The translations under genes were made by a program, and so were the position numbers. Shown piece by piece: positions 24,358-34,732 of a stretch of DNA of 64,000 nucleotides (the first letter of the stretch is position 1; every line of letters begins with the position of its first letter). The DNA comes from an uncultured Acidobacteriota bacterium (GTDB lineage: Bacteria > Acidobacteriota > Terriglobia > Terriglobales > Acidobacteriaceae). The notes below the pieces were generated by a model that saw only the letters and a list, made by a program, of their open reading frames with translations, was not told the DNA's origin and ran no database searches. The DNA lies in assembly GCA_963833995.1 (NCBI GenBank), contig CAWIAE010000016.1, forward strand, positions 269,069-333,068, given 5' to 3'.

Positions 24358-25569
24358 CTTCTCGGTCAACGCTTCCACGCCGGGGAGTTTCTTGCCTTCA
24401 AGGAATTCAAGGCTCGCTCCGCCGCCGGTCGAGATGTGTGTGACCTGGTCGGCATAACCCGCCTTGTTGATGGCCGAAACCGAGTCGCCGCCGCCGATGA
24501 TCGAGATAGCTGCCTTGTTGGCTGCGACGGCCTTGGCGATGGCGTTGGTGCCGACCGCAAAGCGCGGAAACTCGAAGACACCTGCGGGTCCGTTCCATAC
24601 GATGGTGCGGGCGGTGGAAACCACCTCTTCAATGGCTGCCACGGATTTGGGGCCGATGTCGAGGCCCTGCCAGTCGGGTGGGAAGTTGACCGACGTGTCC
24701 CATGGCTGGGTTTTGGCGTCGGGCGCGAAGTTATCAGCGAGAACATTGTCGACTGGGAGCAGCAGGTTAACTCCCTTGACTTTGGCCTTGTCCAGAGCCG
24801 CTTTCGCCATGTCGATCTTGTCTTCCTCGACGAGCGACTTGCCGGTGGTGACGCCCAGCGCACGCTGGAAGGTATAGGCCATGCCACCCACGATCACCAG
24901 GGTATCGACCTTGTCGAGCAGGTTGTCGATGACGTCGATCTTGCCGGAGATCTTCGATCCGCCGATGATGGCCACGAATGGCTTCTCAGGCGATTCAAGT
25001 GCCTTGCCGAGGTAGGTAATTTCCTTTTCCATCAGCAGGCCGGCGACGGCGGGCTTGAGGAAATGTGTAATCCCTTCCGTGGAGGCGTGGGCGCGATGCG
25101 CCGAGCCGAAGGCGTCGTTGACGTAAACCTCAGCCAGCGAAGCGAGGGCCTTGGAAAAGGCAGGATTGTTGGCTTCTTCTTCGGCGTGATAGCGCAGGTT
25201 TTCAAGCAGCAGCACCTGGCCCGATTCAAGCTGGCGCGACATTTCGTTGGCTATTTCGCCCACACAGTCGGGAGAAAATGCCACGTTAACCGACTCCCCG
25301 ATTTGCTTGTCGAGCAGCTCGCGCAGGCGAACGACGACGGGGCGCAGGGAATACTTCGGATTAGGCTTGCCCTTGGGGCGGCCGAGGTGCGAGGCCAGTA
25401 TGACCTTGGCATGGTGCCGAAGGGCGTAGACGATGGTGGGCAGCGTGGCCACGATGCGGGTGTCGTCGGTGATGGTGGCCCCATCTTCAGTGAGCGGCAC
25501 GTTGAAATCGACGCGGATAAACACCCGCTTGTTGTTCAGATCGATGTCGCGAATGGAAAGCTTGGACAT
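24352..25569 (-). CDS. pgk: Phosphoglycerate kinase
   Basis: [36 protein letters not shown]. Confidence 0.98.
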   Translation of the reverse strand: MSKLSIRDIDLNNKRVFIRVDFNVPLTEDGATITDDTRIVATLPTIVYALRHHAKVILASHLGRPKGKPNPKYSLRPVVVRLRELLDKQIGESVNVAFSPDCVGEIANEMSRQLESGQVLLLENLRYHAEEEANNPAFSKALASLAEVYVNDAFGSAHRAHASTEGITHFLKPAVAGLLMEKEITYLGKALESPEKPFVAIIGGSKISGKIDVIDNLLDKVDTLVIVGGMAYTFQRALGVTTGKSLVEEDKIDMAKAALDKAKVKGVNLLLPVDNVLADNFAPDAKTQPWDTSVNFPPDWQGLDIGPKSVAAIEEVVSTARTIVWNGPAGVFEFPRFAVGTNAIAKAVAANKAAISIIGGGDSVSAINKAGYADQVTHISTGGGASLEFLEGKKLPGVEALTEKQ

Positions 25570-25581
25570 GGTGTCTTCCTT

Positions 25582-25619
25582 CAGTGCAGTGAACAGTGGT
25601 CAGTGGACAGTGGTCAGTG
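25582..25619. repeat. CAGTG heptamer tract
   Basis: cagtg cagtgaa cagtggt cagtgga cagtggt cagtg. Confidence 0.85.
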
Positions 25620-26027
25620 CGTCGGGTCACTGTCAGCCATTTGTGCGGGGTTGGAGGCCTCGGGAATCACGGCGTCCATTTCAATTTCAATGCGCCAGGC
25701 GGGGTTCAGCAGTTGGGCGACGACCACCATGGTGGCAGCGGGACGAATGGTGCGGAAGTACTCCCCATGCACCCGGCCCACGGCTTCCCAGTCTTCAACG
25801 TGGGTCAGATACATGCGGGTGCGGACGATGTGGTCGAGCGAGGCTCCTGCCTGGGCGAGGGCTTCGAGGGCAACCTCGAAGATGCGGCGGGTCTGGCCCT
25901 CGGCGTCTTCGTGCTCCGCGCCAACAGGGCCGGTTCCGGCGAGATGAACCGAGTTCCCCAAGCGCACCGCGCGAGAGAACCCGATGATGGGCTCGTAAGG
26001 AGAACCGCCGCTGATGTTCTGGCGCAT
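25614..26027 (-). CDS. RidA/YjgF family protein
   Basis: GFSRAVR, VRTRMY, RPAATMV, IEIE. Confidence 0.9.
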   Translation of the reverse strand: MRQNISGGSPYEPIIGFSRAVRLGNSVHLAGTGPVGAEHEDAEGQTRRIFEVALEALAQAGASLDHIVRTRMYLTHVEDWEAVGRVHGEYFRTIRPAATMVVVAQLLNPAWRIEIEMDAVIPEASNPAQMADSDPTH

Positions 26028-26029
26028 AA

Positions 26030-26125
26030 CAGTGAACAGTGGTCAGTGCTCAGTGAGACAGTCATCAGCAGTCAGTGGCGAGCCGTGCGAATGGCTAACC
26101 ACTGACCACTGAAAACTGACAACTG
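26030..26125. repeat. Inverted pair of heptamer tracts forming a hairpin
   Basis: A cagtg tract followed by cactgaccactgaaaactgacaactg. Confidence 0.85.
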
Positions 26126-26128
26126 GTC

Positions 26129-27133
26129 TTACAGTCCCTTCGCGGTCAGGAAGCTGATCAGGTCGACAACACGGTTGGAGTAGCCCCACTCGTTGTCATA
26201 CCAGCTCAGCACCTTTACGCTCTGGCCGATGACCTTGGTGAGAGGAGCGTCAACGATGGAGGAGAGCGGGTTGCCCTTGAAATCGGAGCTGACCAGCAGG
26301 TTCTCGTCATAGCCGAGAATGCCTTTCAATTCGCCCTCGGCGGCAGCCTTCAGAACAGCATTCACTTGCTTGACGTCGGTGGTCTTCTCGCTGATGAAGG
26401 TGAGGTCGACGATGGAGACGTTAGGGGTTGGAACGCGCAAAGAGAAGCCATCGAGCTTGCCGGCGGTCTCCGGAATCACCAGTTTCAGGGCCTTGGCAGC
26501 GCCTGTCGAGCTGGGAATCATGTTGATGGCGGCAGCCCGGGCGCGGCGCAGGTCCTTGTGCGGAAAGTCGAGGATGACCTGGTCGTTGGTATAGCTATGA
26601 ATGGTAGTCATGATGCCGGTGACGATGCCGCAGTGAGCCATCAGAACCTTGACCACGGGCGCCAGGCAGTTGGTGGTGCAACTGGCGTTGGAGATGACGT
26701 TGTGCTTGGCCGGATCGTACTTGTTCTGGTTGACGCCCAGCACCAGGGTGATGTCTTCGTTGGTGGCCGGAGCGGAGATGATGACCTTCTTGACGGTCGG
26801 TCCAAGGTGAACCTTGGCGACGTTGGCGTCGGTGAAACGGCCGGTGGACTCAACCACGATCTGGGCGCCGTTGTCGGACCAGGGCAGCTTGGCCGGATCC
26901 TTCTCCGCATAGACCTTGATTTTCTTTCCATCGACGGAGATGAAGTCTTCGCCGGCCTTGATGTCGTTGGACAGATTGCCCAGGATCGAGTCGTACTTGA
27001 GCAGATGCGCCAGGGTTGCCGGACTGGTCAAATCGTTGACGGCAACAAAATCAATTTCGGGATTGCCCAGCGCGGCGCGCAAAACATTGCGGCCAATCCG
27101 GCCGAAGCCGTTGATGCCAACCTTAACTGCCAT
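26129..27133 (-). CDS. gap: Glyceraldehyde-3-phosphate dehydrogenase
   Basis: GINGFGRIGR, SNASCTTNCLAP, WYDNEWGYS. Confidence 0.98.
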   Translation of the reverse strand: MAVKVGINGFGRIGRNVLRAALGNPEIDFVAVNDLTSPATLAHLLKYDSILGNLSNDIKAGEDFISVDGKKIKVYAEKDPAKLPWSDNGAQIVVESTGRFTDANVAKVHLGPTVKKVIISAPATNEDITLVLGVNQNKYDPAKHNVISNASCTTNCLAPVVKVLMAHCGIVTGIMTTIHSYTNDQVILDFPHKDLRRARAAAINMIPSSTGAAKALKLVIPETAGKLDGFSLRVPTPNVSIVDLTFISEKTTDVKQVNAVLKAAAEGELKGILGYDENLLVSSDFKGNPLSSIVDAPLTKVIGQSVKVLSWYDNEWGYSNRVVDLISFLTAKGL

Positions 27134-27412
27134 GCGTATTCTCCTTCAAAGTGGATGAGGCTGAGGTTTTTATGTTATGGCGTTCTTCGGCTGAAAAATC
27201 GCTTCAGCACGCAATTCCACCAAACTCTTGATCGTAACACCGCAGGCATCGGGACGAATTGAAAACCGATCACTTCCGGATTCGCTCCAGAGCCCTGTCA
27301 TCGATATTGTGCGGTTTGAGATGGAGGGCGGTATGTGACGGAGTGCACAGTATTTGCAGCACCCCGCGCAAGTATGGTATCCCGGTATCACAACGCAGGT
27401 GTTGAAAGCCGC

Positions 27413-28207
27413 ATGAGAAGACGTTCAAGACGCGCCCCTAATACTTCGGAATCCACAGGCAAGATTGGCCAGGAACTCCCTTCGAATCAGCCACGACCGC
27501 TGGTGCCGCTCTACCCGGATGAATCTCCGGCGCCCCAGACGCGACCGCGCGAGCCGCGGGTGCAGGAACCGGCGCGCCTCGTCGAGCCGGAACGGGCAGC
27601 GCGGCAGGAACGCCCGCCAAGGCCGGATCGGCCGGTGAAACCGGATTGGAACGAACCGGCGCATTCAGGCCGGCTGGAGATGGAGACGCAGCCCGAACTG
27701 CCGTCTGTGCCGCCGCCGGAGCCGCAGGCCGCGGATCGATCACCCCAGGCGCCCAAGGGCTACGTCGTGCTGGCCATCGGGCTGCCGGGTTCCGGCAAGA
27801 CAACCTGGTTTCGCCGCCGCGGAGTCACGCCGCTTTCAAGCGATTTGCTGCGCAATATTCTGTTCGACGATGTGGAGGAGCAGCGCTACCAGGGACTGGT
27901 CTTCTCCACGCTCCGCTCGCTGCTGCGGGCCCGGCTGATTGCCAGGATGCCCTGGAACTACGTGGACGCGACGAACCTGTCGGTACACGAGCGGCGGCAG
28001 TGGATCAAGATGGCGAAGAGCTTCGGGTACGAGGTGCAGGCAGTGTTTTTCGACGTGCCGCTGGAGGTGTGCCTGGACCGCAATCGCCAGCGCGATCGCT
28101 CAGTAAGCGAGGACGCCATGCGCAAGATGTCAGAGAAGCTGAAACCGCCCGTGTTTGAAGAGGGGTTTGCGAAGATCACGGTGGTTAGGGTGAAGAGCGC
28201 GGGGTAG
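27413..28207 (+). CDS. P-loop kinase (AAA_33/PNK-like) with a disordered N-terminus
   Basis: GLPGSGKTT, SSD, VDATN, RN.QRDR. Confidence 0.85.
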   Translation: MRRRSRRAPNTSESTGKIGQELPSNQPRPLVPLYPDESPAPQTRPREPRVQEPARLVEPERAARQERPPRPDRPVKPDWNEPAHSGRLEMETQPELPSVPPPEPQAADRSPQAPKGYVVLAIGLPGSGKTTWFRRRGVTPLSSDLLRNILFDDVEEQRYQGLVFSTLRSLLRARLIARMPWNYVDATNLSVHERRQWIKMAKSFGYEVQAVFFDVPLEVCLDRNRQRDRSVSEDAMRKMSEKLKPPVFEEGFAKITVVRVKSAG

Positions 28208-28258
28208 TGTCTGATGGCTTTTCGAGTAAGTAACACGAAAAGTTACCGGGAAAGTTAG

Positions 28259-28813
28259 ATGGCTCTTACTTGGAGATTTCGCTGGTCGTTGCTTTTGGTG
28301 CTCGCACCGCTAATCCTCACGATTTCCGTTGTTGCGGTTGCTCAATCTCCGTACTTCTGGATTCGCGAGCACAACACTAAGCACCCTTCCCTCGTGACGA
28401 GGGATCCTCGATTTGCCAGAGATTTCCATCGTTTTCTGGCGCTAAAACACGAGGGGTGGGGCTCGGCTCGACTTGCTTCGGCTTATATGTCGGTTGGCAC
28501 AGACGACGGCGTGCACGCCTCAGCAGGGCAAGTGACAGTGGACGGTTGTGCACCACATGCTGGCGAATGCGGTTTCCTTTGGGCTCCATCGAAAGGATCG
28601 CCCGTATTAGTGTTTTGCTTCATGGATCCCGCTCTTTGGATCTACACGAGCAGTCAATCCGATCCGTCGATTCCAAAGGAACTCGTGGACAGTATTCGCG
28701 CTTGGCGAGCCGACCGATCCATGCCCGCGTCTTCATTGGATCCAGCAACAGCGACCATCGTCACGCGCGACGGGCACCAGCATCCGATTTCTGTTGAGCG
28801 GTTCCATCCATAA
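28259..28813 (+). CDS. Hypothetical exported protein
   Basis: Hydrophobic N-terminus; GC.PH...C motif. Confidence 0.6.
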   Translation: MALTWRFRWSLLLVLAPLILTISVVAVAQSPYFWIREHNTKHPSLVTRDPRFARDFHRFLALKHEGWGSARLASAYMSVGTDDGVHASAGQVTVDGCAPHAGECGFLWAPSKGSPVLVFCFMDPALWIYTSSQSDPSIPKELVDSIRAWRADRSMPASSLDPATATIVTRDGHQHPISVERFHP

Positions 28814-28821
28814 GCGCATTG

Positions 28822-28856
28822 TTGTAGTTTTATCCAATTTAGCTACAATAGCTACA
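28822..28856 (+). promoter_or_regulatory. TA promoter/operator
   Basis: TTGTAG ... TACAAT, with a TAGCTACA direct repeat. Confidence 0.45.
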
Positions 28857-28870
28857 TTGGAGGCTGACCC

Positions 28871-29149
28871 ATGATCACCAAGACATCCGCCGAGGCCCAG
28901 AACCAGTTTGGGCAGTTGCTCGATACCGTGCAGCGCGAGCCGGTCGCCATTACCCGCCACGGACGTCCGGCGGCATACATCCTTTCGCCACGCGAAATGG
29001 AAGAAATCCAGGACCTCCGCGAGAAATGGCGTAGGAGAATTGCGGCAGACTGGGAGGAGTGGCGGGAAAAAGCGAAAAAGAGTATGACCCCGGAGGCTGC
29101 AGCGCTGACCGATGAAGAAATCAATCGCATGGTCCATGAATTGCGATGA
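28871..29149 (+). CDS. Phd/YefM-family antitoxin
   Basis: EAQNQFGQLLD...PVAITRHGRP. Confidence 0.9.
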   Translation: MITKTSAEAQNQFGQLLDTVQREPVAITRHGRPAAYILSPREMEEIQDLREKWRRRIAADWEEWREKAKKSMTPEAAALTDEEINRMVHELR

Positions 29150-29574
29150 TTTTGCGTGTGGTGTTTGATACCAGCACGCTTATCAGCGCCGCCATCCTGC
29201 CGGGGTCTCTGCCCGACCAAGCTCTTTCGTATGCAATTCTGCAACATTGTCTTTGCGCCAGCACAGAAACGCTGAACGAAGTTGGGCGAGTGCTCAGGCA
29301 GAAGAAGTTCGACCGGTACATTGGCTTCGATACACGGATCGAGTTCTTTCAGAAGCTTTGCCGCGACTCCTTGCACTGTGCTGTGCCTACGGTGGTTCTG
29401 GACGAGGTAAAAGGGTCGTGCAGGGATGCGAAAGACGATCAGTTCCTCGCCCTCTGCATTGCAGCTCGCGCGAATTCCCTCGTCAGCAGCGATCAGGATC
29501 TGCTGGTTCTCGATCCGTGGCGCGGGATTGCGATTCGAACGCCGGCTCAGTTTCTGGCCGAATCTGGAGTGTGA
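29146..29574 (+). CDS. PIN-domain toxin (PIN_3 type)
   Basis: VVFDTS, E, CRDAKDD.FL, SSDQDLL; ATGA overlap. Confidence 0.9.
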   Translation: MILRVVFDTSTLISAAILPGSLPDQALSYAILQHCLCASTETLNEVGRVLRQKKFDRYIGFDTRIEFFQKLCRDSLHCAVPTVVLDEVKGSCRDAKDDQFLALCIAARANSLVSSDQDLLVLDPWRGIAIRTPAQFLAESGV

Positions 29575-29584
29575 GGATGCTTCA

Positions 29585-30109
29585 ATGACGAGTTCTCCGA
29601 CGCAAACTCCCCAGATCGAACCCTGGCTGTGCGGAACATACGCTGATGTTCCCGCCGTCGGCCGCGCCGTGCTGCACGCGCTCGACCTGGCGCTCGATGA
29701 TCTGACCAGGTGGACAGCGGGGCTGACGGATGAGGAAGTGCATTCCGAGCCGCTGGGACTGACTTCGGTGGCTTTCCATCTGCGGCATATCGCGCGATCG
29801 ACGGATCGCATTCTCGCCTACGCCGAAGGTGGACAGCTTTCCCCAGAGCAGCTTGCCGCGCTGAAAGCCGAGCAAAGCGGTCAGGAGACGCTGGCCGAAC
29901 TGCTAACCGAAATAAAGACCTCGTTCTCGAATGCGGCGGAACGAGTGCGGGTGCTGGCGACCGCCGATTTCGAAACATTCCGCGGGGTGGGGCGCAAACA
30001 ATTGCCGACCTCGATCGGCGGCGCGCTCATCCACGTCGCCGACCATACCCAGCGCCACGTGGGCCAGGTAGTGACAACGGCTAAGGTGCTAAAGGCATTG
30101 CGAGGGTAA
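29585..30109 (+). CDS. DinB-family protein
   Basis: FHLRHI ... HVADHTQRHVGQ. Confidence 0.85.
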   Translation: MTSSPTQTPQIEPWLCGTYADVPAVGRAVLHALDLALDDLTRWTAGLTDEEVHSEPLGLTSVAFHLRHIARSTDRILAYAEGGQLSPEQLAALKAEQSGQETLAELLTEIKTSFSNAAERVRVLATADFETFRGVGRKQLPTSIGGALIHVADHTQRHVGQVVTTAKVLKALRG

Positions 30110-30290
30110 CGCGCCGCCCATGGCAAAAAGCCTCTAAACGCAGAACGGTCTACGCTACTTAAAACAAACAGCTTCGTGGAAGATTCCCAGGATTCAAATC
30201 CAAGGGCGTCTGCTTGACCCGATCACGCCTGAATCTTCCCGAATCCGCAGATCTGATTCAGCGACCGCAGTCTTCCTGCCCGGGATAAAA

Positions 30291-30306
30291 GGTGATGTCT
30301 GTCACT
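30291..30306. promoter_or_regulatory. CRP/FNR-like box
   Basis: GGTGA-N6-TCACT upstream of an operon of anaerobic type. Confidence 0.3.
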
Positions 30307-30479
30307 GCGATTCATCCCCGGCAAAGAGGAATATATTTCGGGCCTTAAAAGAAAATAGATTCAGCGCCCAGGAGGCTCGATTTGATTTCGAATCTAAGGC
30401 AAGAATATCGAGGTACTTTGCAAATGATAAGAATCGCGGCGTTCGGACGAGTAGTTCTTGCGTATGGGGGCGGGCGGCA

Positions 30480-31802
30480 ATGAACTGGAACGCGGAGTAT
30501 CGCGCCAAAACCATGACCGCCGAGCAGGCCCTGAGCGCAGTTCGGTCGGGCGATCGGGTATGGATCCAGTCGGGATGCGGCACGCCGTCGCCGCTGGTGA
30601 AGGCTATGGTGGCGAAAGCCGCCGATGTGCTGGATGTGGAGATCGTCCACATGATGACGCTGGGTAGCGCCGACTATACGAAGCCGGAATATGCAGGTCA
30701 TTTTCGGCATCGGGGGCTCTTTCTCGGCGCCAACACCCGCGAAGCCGTAGCCGAGGGCCGCGCCGATTACACTCCCATCTTCCTGAGCGAGATTGAAGGG
30801 CTGTTTGAGAGCGGCGCCATGCCGCTCGACGTGGTGCTGATGCAGGTTTCGCCGCCGGATGCGCACGGGGTCATGAGCCTGGGAACCACGGTGGACAGCA
30901 CGCTGACGGCGACCCGTTACGCCAAGACGGTGATTGCCGAAGTGAACGACCGGATGCCGCGCACGCACGGCGACACCTGCATCCACATCAGCCGGATCTC
31001 TTCGATCGTGGAGACTTCGCGGCCGCTGCTCGAGCTTTGCGTGGAGCCTGTGACAGAACTGCACCTGAACGTGGCGCGTAACGTGGCCTCGCTGATTCCG
31101 GATGGAGCCACGCTACAGACGGGCATTGGGGGAATTTCAGACGCGGTGCTGAAGTGCCTCGAAGACAAACGCGACCTGGGTATCCACACCGAGATGTGCC
31201 CGGACGGGGTGATCGACCTGATGGAGTCCGGGGTCATCAACGGGGAGCGCAAGTCGCTGCACCGGGGCAAAGTGGTGGCGGGGTTCGTATTGGGAACGCA
31301 GCGGATTTTCGATTTCATCGATGAGAACCCCAGCTTCGAGTTCCGGTCGATCTCCTACACCAACGATCCGTTTGTGGTGGCGCAAAACGACCGCATGGTG
31401 GCCATCAACTCGGCGCTGCAGGTGGATTTGACGGGGCAGGTGTGCGCGGACTCGCTGGGAACCAAGCCCTACAGCGGGTTTGGCGGACAAATTGATTTCA
31501 TTCGAGGCGCAGCGCGTTCCAAGGGCGGCGTGCCGATTATCGCGTTGCCTTCGACGGCGCTGCACGCGCGTTTGTCGCGCATTGTGCCGGTATTGGAACC
31601 CGGCGCAGGGGTGGTTACGTCGCGCGCCGACGTGCACTACGTGGTGACGGAGCACGGCATCGCCTATCTGCACGGCAAGACGTTGCGCGAACGGGCCGAA
31701 GCGCTGATCGGAATTGCGGATCCGAAGTTTCAGGCAGAACTTGAAAACTTTGCCATGCGGGCGCACTACCTGGAACGCAGGGCAACGGCCGAGTATGTCT
31801 GA
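30480..31802 (+). CDS. Acetyl-CoA hydrolase/transferase family (4-hydroxybutyrate CoA-transferase-like)
   Basis: LQTGIG, HTEM, INSALQVDLTGQ, SGFGGQ.DF, VTEHG. Confidence 0.92.
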   Translation: MNWNAEYRAKTMTAEQALSAVRSGDRVWIQSGCGTPSPLVKAMVAKAADVLDVEIVHMMTLGSADYTKPEYAGHFRHRGLFLGANTREAVAEGRADYTPIFLSEIEGLFESGAMPLDVVLMQVSPPDAHGVMSLGTTVDSTLTATRYAKTVIAEVNDRMPRTHGDTCIHISRISSIVETSRPLLELCVEPVTELHLNVARNVASLIPDGATLQTGIGGISDAVLKCLEDKRDLGIHTEMCPDGVIDLMESGVINGERKSLHRGKVVAGFVLGTQRIFDFIDENPSFEFRSISYTNDPFVVAQNDRMVAINSALQVDLTGQVCADSLGTKPYSGFGGQIDFIRGAARSKGGVPIIALPSTALHARLSRIVPVLEPGAGVVTSRADVHYVVTEHGIAYLHGKTLRERAEALIGIADPKFQAELENFAMRAHYLERRATAEYV

Positions 31803-31829
31803 GCGGCGCCGGCGGGAGGAGAACACGAG

Positions 31830-32111
31830 ATGGACGCGCAGAAAAGGGATCGAGGCTTGTTGCGGGTGGATGTGAATGAGTGCAAGGGCTGCGGCCTTTG
31901 CGTGGAGGCCTGCCCGCCCAAGGTAATCGGCATGAGCGAGGGGCTGAATCACTACGGATACCGCACAGCGAACTACGCAGGCGCAGGCTGCACGGCGTGC
32001 GGAATCTGCTTCATGGTGTGTCCCGAGCCGGGGGCGATCACGGTGCTGCGCGCAGTGAATCGCATTCCCGCTGCTGCACAGGTTTCGATGACTGCAGATT
32101 TGACGATTTGA
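31830..32111 (+). CDS. 2x[4Fe-4S] ferredoxin (oxidoreductase delta subunit)
   Basis: [25 protein letters not shown]. Confidence 0.92.
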   Translation: MDAQKRDRGLLRVDVNECKGCGLCVEACPPKVIGMSEGLNHYGYRTANYAGAGCTACGICFMVCPEPGAITVLRAVNRIPAAAQVSMTADLTI

Positions 32112-32136
32112 ATACGGAGACTGAGGGAGCGATCTG

Positions 32137-33267
32137 ATGCGCAAGCAACTGATCAAGGGAAACGAAGCGATCGTGAAAAGCGCCATTCTTGCCGGATGCC
32201 GGGCGTTTTATGGATATCCCATTACGCCGGCCAGCGAGATTGCAGAGGCCGCGGCGCTTTATCTTCCGCAAGTGGGCGGCGTGTTTTTGCAGGCCGAGAG
32301 CGAAGTGGCGGCCATCAACATGCTCTACGGGGCATCGTCCGCGGGCGTGCGGTGCATGACCGCGTCGAGCGGGCCGGGGATCAGCCTGATGCAGGAAGGC
32401 ATCAGCTACATGGCGGGCGCGGAGCTGCCCTGCGTGATTGCGGACATTACCCGCGGCGGACCGGGGCTGGGAAATATTGCTTCGGAGCAGAGCGATTATC
32501 ACCAGGTCGTGAAGGGCGGCGGCAACGGCAACTATCGCACCATCGTGCTGGCGCCGCACTCCGCGCAGGAGATGGGCGATCTCACGGCGCTGGCATTTGA
32601 GCTGGCGGATCGCTATCGCACCCCGGTTGTGTTGCTCGCGGATGGATTCGTAGGACAGATGATGGAGCCGGTGGAGTTCGCGCCGGTTGCTACCGAGCCA
32701 TTATTTCCTGAGTGGGCAGTGAGGGGGACTGCCGAGTCGCGCAGCAATCTCATTACTTCGCTGCACATGGATATCGATGACCTGGAGGCACACAACCGCA
32801 AGCTGGAAGCGAAATATCGCGATGCGCAAGTGCATGAAGCCCGGGCCGAAGACTGGTATGCGGAGGACGCAGAGATTGTGCTGGTCGGCTACGGCATTGT
32901 GGGGCGCATTTTGAAGGCTGTCGTCGCGGAGGCGCGCGCAGAAGGCATCAATGTCGGCCTGCTGCGGCCGATCACGCTCTTTCCATTTCCAACCGTGCAG
33001 TTTAAGCGCCTGATCCCGCGCGCACTCAAGTTCGTGGTGGTGGAGATGAGCAACGGACAACTGATTGAAGATGTGCGGCTGGCGTTGAACGGCGCGCGGC
33101 CGGTGGAACTGCTGAACCGCATGGGAGGCAATGTGCCGTCGCACGAAGAGGTGCTCAAATTTGTGCGCGGGCTGGCGCGACACGGCGGGCTGCCCTACCA
33201 CGTCGGGCAGGTGCAGCGGACCGAGGGCGTAACGGCGCCGGAAGAGGAGCAGATGGCCCATGTCTAG
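32137..33267 (+). CDS. vorB: 2-oxoacid:ferredoxin oxidoreductase alpha subunit (VOR-type)
   Basis: GNEA, GYPITP, ESE, SSGPG, RGGPGLG. Confidence 0.85.
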   Translation: MRKQLIKGNEAIVKSAILAGCRAFYGYPITPASEIAEAAALYLPQVGGVFLQAESEVAAINMLYGASSAGVRCMTASSGPGISLMQEGISYMAGAELPCVIADITRGGPGLGNIASEQSDYHQVVKGGGNGNYRTIVLAPHSAQEMGDLTALAFELADRYRTPVVLLADGFVGQMMEPVEFAPVATEPLFPEWAVRGTAESRSNLITSLHMDIDDLEAHNRKLEAKYRDAQVHEARAEDWYAEDAEIVLVGYGIVGRILKAVVAEARAEGINVGLLRPITLFPFPTVQFKRLIPRALKFVVVEMSNGQLIEDVRLALNGARPVELLNRMGGNVPSHEEVLKFVRGLARHGGLPYHVGQVQRTEGVTAPEEEQMAHV

Positions 33268-34732
33268 CGACTTGATTTCTGAATATGAAGTGCTGCACGT
33301 CAAGCCAAAAGCGTTCTATGAAACCTATGAGCGCAAGGATGAACTGCAGCACCAGACGCACTATTGCCCCGGGTGCGGACATGGCACCATCCACAAGATG
33401 CTGGCGCGCGCCATCGATGAATTGGGCATCCAGGACAGGACCATCCTCGTGAGCCCGGTGGGCTGCTCTGTGTTTGGGTACTACTACTTTGACGTGGGCA
33501 ACGTGCAGGCCGCGCACGGGCGCGCCCCGGCGGTGTCAACGGGATTGAAGCGCAGCCGGCCGGAGAGTATCGTGATCGGCTACCAGGGGGATGGGGATTT
33601 GTCGGCCATTGGGTCGGCGGAGATTTTGCACGCGGCCAATCGCGGCGAAAACGTCACCGTTATCTTTGTGAACAACGCCATCTACAGCATGACCGGCGGC
33701 CAGTATGCCCCGACGACCCTGCTGGGTCAGAAAAGTACCACCACTCCGAACGGCCGGAATGCATTGAATGAAGGCTATCCGCTGCGTGTGAGCGAACTGC
33801 TGGCAACACTCGAGGCGCCGGTATATATCGAGCGCGTGGGGCTTGGAGATAACAAGCAGATCGCACAGGCCGCGCGCGCGATCCGGCGGGCGGTGGAGAA
33901 CCAGGTACGCGGGCTGGGGTTTTCACTGATCGAAGTGCTGTCGCCATGTCCGACCATCTGGAAGCTGTCGCCGGTGGAGTCGCAGCGCTGGGTGCGCGAT
34001 GTGATGGAGAAGACATTTCCACTGGGTGTCTTCAAGGACCGCACCAAAGAAGTGCAGCCAAGGCCGTTGCCGGCAACGGTGCCCACGCTCGAGAGCATTC
34101 CGCACATTCTTGGGATCGACGAGGATGATGTGGCCGATGGCGGAACGGCTGCGGAAGTGCAGACCAAAAACGTTGATCTTCACGTGCGTGTGGCAGGTTT
34201 TGGCGGCCAAGGGGTATTGCTGCTCGGCGAGGTGCTGGCGGAGGCCGGGCTGGACGCCGGCCTGGAAGTCTCGTGGCTGCCGTCCTATGGGCCGGAGATG
34301 CGCTCGGGGACTTCGAACTGCCATGTGCGGCTTTCGCGGGAACCGATCGATTCGCCGCTGGTGACGGTGCCCAACCTACTCGTAGCGATGAACGAGCCGT
34401 CTCTCAAAAAGTTCGACTTGAGCGTGAAACCGGGCGGATGGGTCATCTATAACGGAGACACGTTCCCCGAAGAATGCCGTCGGGAAGACGTGCACGTGCT
34501 CGCGCTTCCCTTCACGCGGATCGCCGATGAACTGGGCGATGCGCGCGCTGCCAACATGGTGATGCTGGGCGCGCTGCTGGAGATTGCGGACGCGCTGCCG
34601 CAGGCCAGCATCGACGCCGCGCTCAAGCGCCTGGTGAAAAACCCGCGGTGGGTGGCGCTCGATGAACGCGCCCTGGCGCGGGGACGGATGCTGTATCGGG
34701 AGTCGTTGCAGGAGGTGTGCTGTGCAGGCTGA
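33260..34732 (+). CDS. 2-oxoacid:ferredoxin oxidoreductase fused beta-gamma subunit
   Basis: CPGCGH, GDGD..N TPP motif, SPCPT; then [21 protein letters not shown]. Confidence 0.9.
   Translation: MSSDLISEYEVLHVKPKAFYETYERKDELQHQTHYCPGCGHGTIHKMLARAIDELGIQDRTILVSPVGCSVFGYYYFDVGNVQAAHGRAPAVSTGLKRSRPESIVIGYQGDGDLSAIGSAEILHAANRGENVTVIFVNNAIYSMTGGQYAPTTLLGQKSTTTPNGRNALNEGYPLRVSELLATLEAPVYIERVGLGDNKQIAQAARAIRRAVENQVRGLGFSLIEVLSPCPTIWKLSPVESQRWVRDVMEKTFPLGVFKDRTKEVQPRPLPATVPTLESIPHILGIDEDDVADGGTAAEVQTKNVDLHVRVAGFGGQGVLLLGEVLAEAGLDAGLEVSWLPSYGPEMRSGTSNCHVRLSREPIDSPLVTVPNLLVAMNEPSLKKFDLSVKPGGWVIYNGDTFPEECRREDVHVLALPFTRIADELGDARAANMVMLGALLEIADALPQASIDAALKRLVKNPRWVALDERALARGRMLYRESLQEVCCAG

Noticed and set aside
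24436-25947. Long antisense ORFs (503 aa here; also 38184-39551, 12662-13798, 10136-11239)
   Set aside because: They are shadows of well-recognised opposite-strand genes in GC-rich DNA and have no motifs.
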